64,000 bases of DNA from the NCBI GenBank assembly GCA_964016885.1, contig OZ024743.1, forward strand, positions 371,566,001-371,630,000. The letters are read 5' to 3'. Origin of the DNA: Eledone cirrhosa. Lineage: Eukaryota. Below the pieces are notes generated by a model. That model worked only from the letters and a program-made list of their open reading frames with translations, had not been told where the DNA came from and made no database searches. The translations under genes and the position numbers were made by a program. Below are positions 57,989 to 64,000 of this stretch, in pieces. Numbering within the stretch: position 1 is the first letter of the stretch; the number at the start of each line of letters is the position of its first letter.

Positions 57989-60900
57989 GGCGACCTACAT
58001 AGGAAATTGTATTATCGTGAGCTCCGCAAAGGTTTGTTGTTTTCAGTTGTTTAAAAGTGCCAGTTATGGAAAATTTTTGTTGTTAAGTGTTTATAAGTTC
58101 ACATATATTGCTTTCTGAAAAGGGCACTAAAAAATTTGGGGCCTTGAGCCGAAAATTTAAACTTTTATAATTATCAAACAAAAACTTTCTTTGTAAAAAA
58201 CATGGACGGCTCTCAGCCACACAAAGCTGACAGCCTTCCTCACAAACTAACTCCTCACACCACCATTGTAAACATTACTACGTTTGCCAACACTAAAAAT
58301 ATAAGCTGTGGCAATAATTTAAATTTGTCACATGCAGACATTCATTTCCCGCCATTACCAATAACTGCAGGTGTTAAAGCCGCCACCCCCACCACCACCA
58401 CAGCAACAACAGAAACAAATAAAAATAAATTATTATCTCGTGACATCGAAATGGATTCACCCAGAATCAACTCTTCTACGCCGAACACCACTGACACCAC
58501 CACCACAACTGAAACGAAAAATAACAAAAGTAACAATAACAACAACATCAACACCAGCGCAAAACAAAATGTGTCGTTTGCCAAAGCAGCCCAGAAAAGC
58601 GAAACAATCGAGGTAAGCCAGAAGAAATTAAATGAAGCCAAAAGAATGGTAAAAAAAGATGGGTACAGGGTCAGCCCCCCCCATCTAATAAAATGGAGCA
58701 GCGACGCCTATGCACCGTGTCATATCGAACGATAAACACAAAATCACGCCGACTGGAACGGGCATCCGAGTCCCAGATACAAAAACCTTTGGGACATGTG
58801 TGGGCGAAAAAAACCCACATCAGACGTGGGCAGAAATATGGAACTGTGGATGTGTTCTTTGGAACCCTACAGGAAGCCAGAGAGCACTCCATGGCCCTAT
58901 TAAGAAGTGACAAGTTCACACTCATCCCAAGCTATTGTGGTCAGAGACTCGTGAAGATCAGGGTGACCCACGTTCCGCTGGCCATCGAAATTCCCTGGCT
59001 AATGGCTGCTGTCCTCGCCGGCATCGAGGCCAACACGAAAATAATTGCGGTAACAAAAGAAAAGCAGGAGAACTGGTCCGGATCTGGGATGGAGCTCCTG
59101 ATCCAAGTGAACCAAAAAAACATTGAGGAAATTCCAGAGGTGATAGACCTCAATGACAGCAGCCACCTCACCGTAATCGTTGAGGGTAGAAGGCCTAGGT
59201 GTGTCGTTTGTGGCGAAGGAACCCACCTAAAGGCTTTCACCCCTCAGGCTAAAAAGTTGAGGCCACCTCTCCTACCCACCCCAGTGACTCAACCATCAAA
59301 ACCACCAGCAGCAGAAATGGCAGCAACAACAGAAGCAACTGTAGCAGCAACAACCTCAGCAACAGTAGCAAAACCAACACCACCACTACCCACCGTGCCA
59401 GAATTAGCACCAGTGCCTCCACCATCTACCACGCCAGAACCAAAACCAACGCCTGTGGAGGATTCTCCACTCCCCGACCTATCGTAACTGGAGACAGATT
59501 GTGACGATGAGGAGGAGTGGGTAACGGTATCAGGAAAAAAGAAAAAGGAAAAAAGAACCCAAAAAAGAAAAAAATCCTCTTCCTTCGCTCTCCAAAAGCA
59601 AAACACAGGGGGAAACAAATAAGCAAACAAACAAAGTTAAGACAGCTATGCCACCACCCACACCATCATCACCAACACCATCACCATCATTAACCCCACA
59701 ACTACCATCACCAACACCACAAAAATCACCAAAAAGCGAAACAGAAACAAACCAACAACAAACGCAAACAAAACAAAACAACCAAAACGATACACACTAC
59801 ACAGTATTAAATTTGAACAACAACCGATTATTACACTACATGCAACACAACATCAGCATCACAGAAAAAGACTACACAACACCCCAAAAATTCACACCAT
59901 CTCCATGTCCCGTTCTTTAGTGTTAGTGGGCAACTGGAACAAGATCTTAGATGCACGCTGGGACTGTTTGGGATTAGCGGATAGGGGAGGAAGGTGTAAA
60001 AGCCTCGCAAACCTGGTCAGATTATTTCAACTGTCTGATAGGTACCATCTGGATTTCCCGAATGTGCCAATGTGGACATGGACAAACTGCATCGGGTCAT
60101 CCAGATCATATCTTGATAGGGTATTTTGTAGGAAAATAGATAGTTCTAGCATAGGCTGTCCACATTTCAAAATAGTCGACTACACGGACCACAAATTTGT
60201 GATCTGTGAGGTTGACTTAGATAGGCTTCATAGACAGGGACCCGGCTACTGGAAGCTAAACGCGTCATTAACAGCGCGCAAGGCCTACAGAGACCGGATT
60301 AGCGAATTAGTTAAGCGGGCGTTGACAGGGGCCATCATCAACAACAAATGGTGGTTTGCTCTGAAAAGAGCAATTAGAATAGAATCCATTAGATTTAGTA
60401 AGGCTTTAGCAATAGAGAAAAATAGAGCAGAGGGAGAACTAGTTAGAAAATTAGACGAAGCGCTTAGTAAAGGCATCGCGACCGACGTACTTGCGGCGAA
60501 ATTGGCTTTTGACCAATTCTTCAATGCAAAGCACGAAGGCTGCATTGTCAGAGCTAGGGTGCGTGCCCTCAGACACGAGGGGACGAAAGCCATTCAATGG
60601 GCTCAAGTGGCGGAGGCGCGTCATGGCAACAAGGCCACGATCCGGTCTTTGGTGGACGACGACGGGCACATGCTACTTGATCCCAGGCAAATGTGTGAAG
60701 CTTTTCAGCGACACTTCGCTCAGATGTTCGGAGACAGCGGCGGGCCGGGTAGGGGGATGGACTTTAGTGTCTACCTCGATGGACTGCCGCGGCTCTCAGC
60801 CACTGAGGCGGAGTGTTAAAAAAAGCCAATAACAGCCGCTGAAGTACGGGAGGCAATGACTGACTGCACAAGGGGTAAATCGCCTGGTTTGGACAGTCTG

Positions 60901-61933
60901 CCCTATGAACTTTACGTACACATGCCAGACTTGTTCAGAGGCCCCTTGGCGGACATCTATGGCAACTGGCAATAGAATAGGAGAATTCCCAGCTCTGTGA
61001 GCTGAGGAGCGGTGGCACGGCTGAGAAAGGATCTGAACAAGGGGGATAACATAGATAATTTCAGGCCCATAACTCTGCTAAACACAGAGTTCAAGATTTT
61101 GGCCAAGGTGCTAGCAAAGAGGTTGGCGCTTGTCGTTGGTGGGAGAGGCGCAGACATGCGCCATTCCAGACAGATCCATCCACGACAACCTCCACCTCAT
61201 GCAATACATCGTGGAGAGAGTAGCTAGAGAACCTGGCACGGGTGGGTCCTTGATCAATTTAGATCAGTTGAAAGCTTTCGATAGGGTCGACCATCGTTAT
61301 CTGGCAGCAGTCCTGAGGGCGGCTGTCTTTGGGCCCATCTTCAGAGGCTGGATATCATGCGCTCGTTCCACCAAGGATGTCCCCTCTTGTCCCTCTTGTA
61401 CGTATTGACTCTCGAGCCATTACTGCACAAACTGAAGACGTTGAGGAGGGGTGGGGTGGAGATAGTATGGTGAACGCGTTTGAAAGGGCTGAAGACGAGC
61501 ACTTACCTCTTCGGTGATGCCCTGATTAACTTTTTCAAATTTCATTTAAAAAGGAAAATCAGGGTAGAGAGGGAAGTGCTCTCTTCCCAGCATTTTGTTG
61601 AAAGATGGGTGAGAGAGGCAAGAATGGCCCGAGTGAATGGGCCTACTCTGAGTATGTGCCTGTAAATTGAAGGTGGAAAACTGGGAGAGGGCACTTGCCC
61701 TGGTGGTCAGGGTCACCGTGGCTTTTTTAATGGGCTTTCTCCACGAATGTCCCTCGGAAGTCTCCCCCCTATTGGGGAATTTTTCATTGTTTCTTTTTTT
61801 GTTACATCCTCAGTTTTTTTTTTTTACGTGCAGAAAGGCCCCTTTGTACTGTCCTGTATTGCCCTTAATGTCTTACTTTGTGTAAACCATTGTGGTTAAT
61901 AAAGAAAGCATTATTATTATTATTATTATTATT
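57989..61933 (+). mobile_element. Tx1-clade LINE with 5'UTR and gag-like ORF1 (knuckle remnant RPRCVVCGEGTH); ORF2 internally deleted; (ATT)n tail
   Basis: ORF1 pieces at 58202-59620; ORF2 at 59905-61665 homologous to the upstream copy; AATAAA then (ATT)8. Confidence 0.88.
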
Positions 61934-63285
61934 GGAGTCTTAGTCATTGATGTTATTTAACTGGAAAGTTTGTTCAAATGAACATCAAGCTGCTACCTGC
62001 AGCCTCAGATATTCAGGATGTATCGGAGGGTTCTTGCTGTTCCCAGCAAGCAAGCCTTTTGAAGTGTTCCAAAAAATGGGGCTGGACTAATGTTCTTTAA
62101 CCCTCCTTGAAAACTCTTTGAGATAGTACCTAGTGCTCCTATGACAAACGGGATGAGCTTGATCTCATAAATCCTGGTATCGGTTAATTTTCTCCTCCTT
62201 TTCTTGCACTCTCTTGTCAAATGGGCAGGCTACATCTACAATCAGGCACAATCTTTTTTCCTTGTCAAAAACCACCAGGTCAGGCCTATTGTGTTCTAAT
62301 TTCTTGTCTGTCTGTATCCTAAAATCCTATAGCACCTTCACTTGATCGTTTTCTATCACCGACTCTGGCTTAGGCTCATTCCACTTCTCAGAATGTGGTA
62401 AATTGTTTAGTTTGCATAAATGCCAGTGAATCACCTTTCCTATTATATCATGTCTCCAGCCTTTATTGTGATTCTGGGCTAGGTGTTTACACTCGGATAC
62501 AATGTGAGCCACAGTCTCCTCACCCACTTCGTTCTGAGGGCTTGCTCTTGTGCATCCATTAGCATTCCTTCTGTAGCTTTTTTAAGGTCTCCTCTTTGTC
62601 TGTGGATCTCTGAATTCCATTTTCTTAAAGAAGGTGCTATGAAGGGATTTTTCATGAAGGTTGCTCTTCCTGTTTGTTGTTATTTCCTCCTTGGACATCC
62701 CCTGGTCTATTGTCTTCTCCTTCAGTACAACTTTGAGCATTGACTCCCTACTCTCAGACACATATTTGTGCAGACTGTTTTTCTCCATCTGAACACAGTC
62801 TTCTATGCTTCCACCTTCAGATCTCTTTAAGTAGAGTCTATCGACATAACTCCTCTTGTGGAACATGTTGTAGATAGACAATAGCTTCCTAGTCTTCCTA
62901 TCCATTTCATTTTGTTCAGCAACATTCCATTTCATAATTCCCGCACTGTACCTAATAATAGACAAAGCGTGGGAATTTACTGCACTTATGACATTCCTAC
63001 TATTTAGATGTAATTTTAGCATGTTCCTTACTCTCCTTATGTACTCAGATCTTATCATTTCCTTCATTTTATTGTTCTTGATGTCATCTTCCTCCAGAAC
63101 ACCCAAATATTTGTATCCTTCCTCAGTGTCAATTTCCTTTATCATCTCACCTGTTGATACCTGGATTCCGTGCTTCTGTTCAATTTACCCCTCTTCATCA
63201 CTAGGACTCCACACTTATTAACACCAAATTCCATACATATATCATTGCTGAAAATACGGACAGTGTTAACAAATATATCCATCAA
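61934..63285 (-). mobile_element. R4/Dong-like RLE non-LTR retrotransposon, 5'-truncated
   Basis: YKYLGVLE, DRKTRKLL..H....VDRLYLKRSEGG, ETVAHIVSEC..RHD, NRPDLVVFD, PFVIGALG, LQKACLLGTARTLR. Its (TAA)n tail is the 61910-61933 microsatellite. Confidence 0.88.
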
Positions 63286-64000
63286 TGTCGTCGTCATTGT
63301 CACCACTGCTGTCGTCATTGTTTAACATCTATTTTCTATGCTTGCTTGGGTCAGACAGGCTATTACATTGAGGCAACACAGGTAAGGTGACTATGGTTTG
63401 CTAATAGGCTTTGTTTTAACCTATGGTTCTAGTACATCACTTTCTTTCATAGCACCAGCACTACTACCATTATAGGGTGGACTTTGCGTTTTTTGTCATA
63501 ACACCAGCACTACCGCCTCACACAATTTTGAACACCTCGCATCTTTGGTCTCCACAATGTGAAACTTCTTAGTTTCTGTTTCCCACTTTGCAGAGTGTAC
63601 CTGTCACCTAGCTTCTTGGTGTTGTTCTCTGCTTCTCCGATTCTGCCATGCTTGTTTCTTGGCCTTAATTGTCTTGTCCACCCTCCTTCTCCCTCAAGCC
63701 ATGCTCCAGTCACAGATCTTGTCTGTGACCTTTAGCAGATTATCTCTCAGCAACTTCTACTGTTCCTCTATGTTGTAAATCACTATCTCCTCTTCTTTAC
63801 TGTTAAAAACATCAAGCTGGACACTCCAAAATTTGTTACCGACTGAAGCTTCCCTCAGCTTCTACGTTCTACTCCAAGCTGCCTTCAACCTCCAATTTTA
63901 TCTAGCAACTTTAAAGTTTCTAACTACTATGTTATGGTGGGAGGGAGGGATTTTGTGTTTGCAATCATCAGTCAATTTATCTTTTGGTGAGAATAAAATC

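Overview
AT-rich, microsatellite-rich animal genomic DNA. A coleoid cephalopod (octopus-like) source is inferred from the RTE LINEs with (ATG)n tails and a tRNA-derived SINE head; it is not proven. Most of the window is transposon-derived: RTE, CR1, Tx1, CRE/Zenon-like and R4/Dong-like LINEs, mariner elements, MITEs, Helitrons and one non-autonomous LTR element. These sit around and inside a + strand multi-exon gene for an HMG-box protein (coding exons 13104-13591, 29246-30239, 30503-30646 and probably 42551-42636), whose spliced product carries a GILK...KVKF PP1-docking-like pair. The standout structures are: (1) a 4.87-kb minisatellite of 116 x 42 bp that grew out of a dead RTE reverse-transcriptase fragment, has a three-state variant code and keeps three reading frames open; (2) a tRNA-Trp-primed non-coding LTR element whose 5' end holds a 32-nt tRNA copy running past position 58 with a mismatch at that position, plus a second PBS, and whose two LTRs differ by a hairpin-loop micro-inversion; (3) two Tx1-like LINEs and a Dong-like LINE stacked in (ATT/TAA)n microsatellites; (4) a 188-bp inverted repeat whose arms differ only by transitions. 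An assembly gap of 200 N lies at 31573-31772. All family assignments come from motif recognition by eye; no searches were run.
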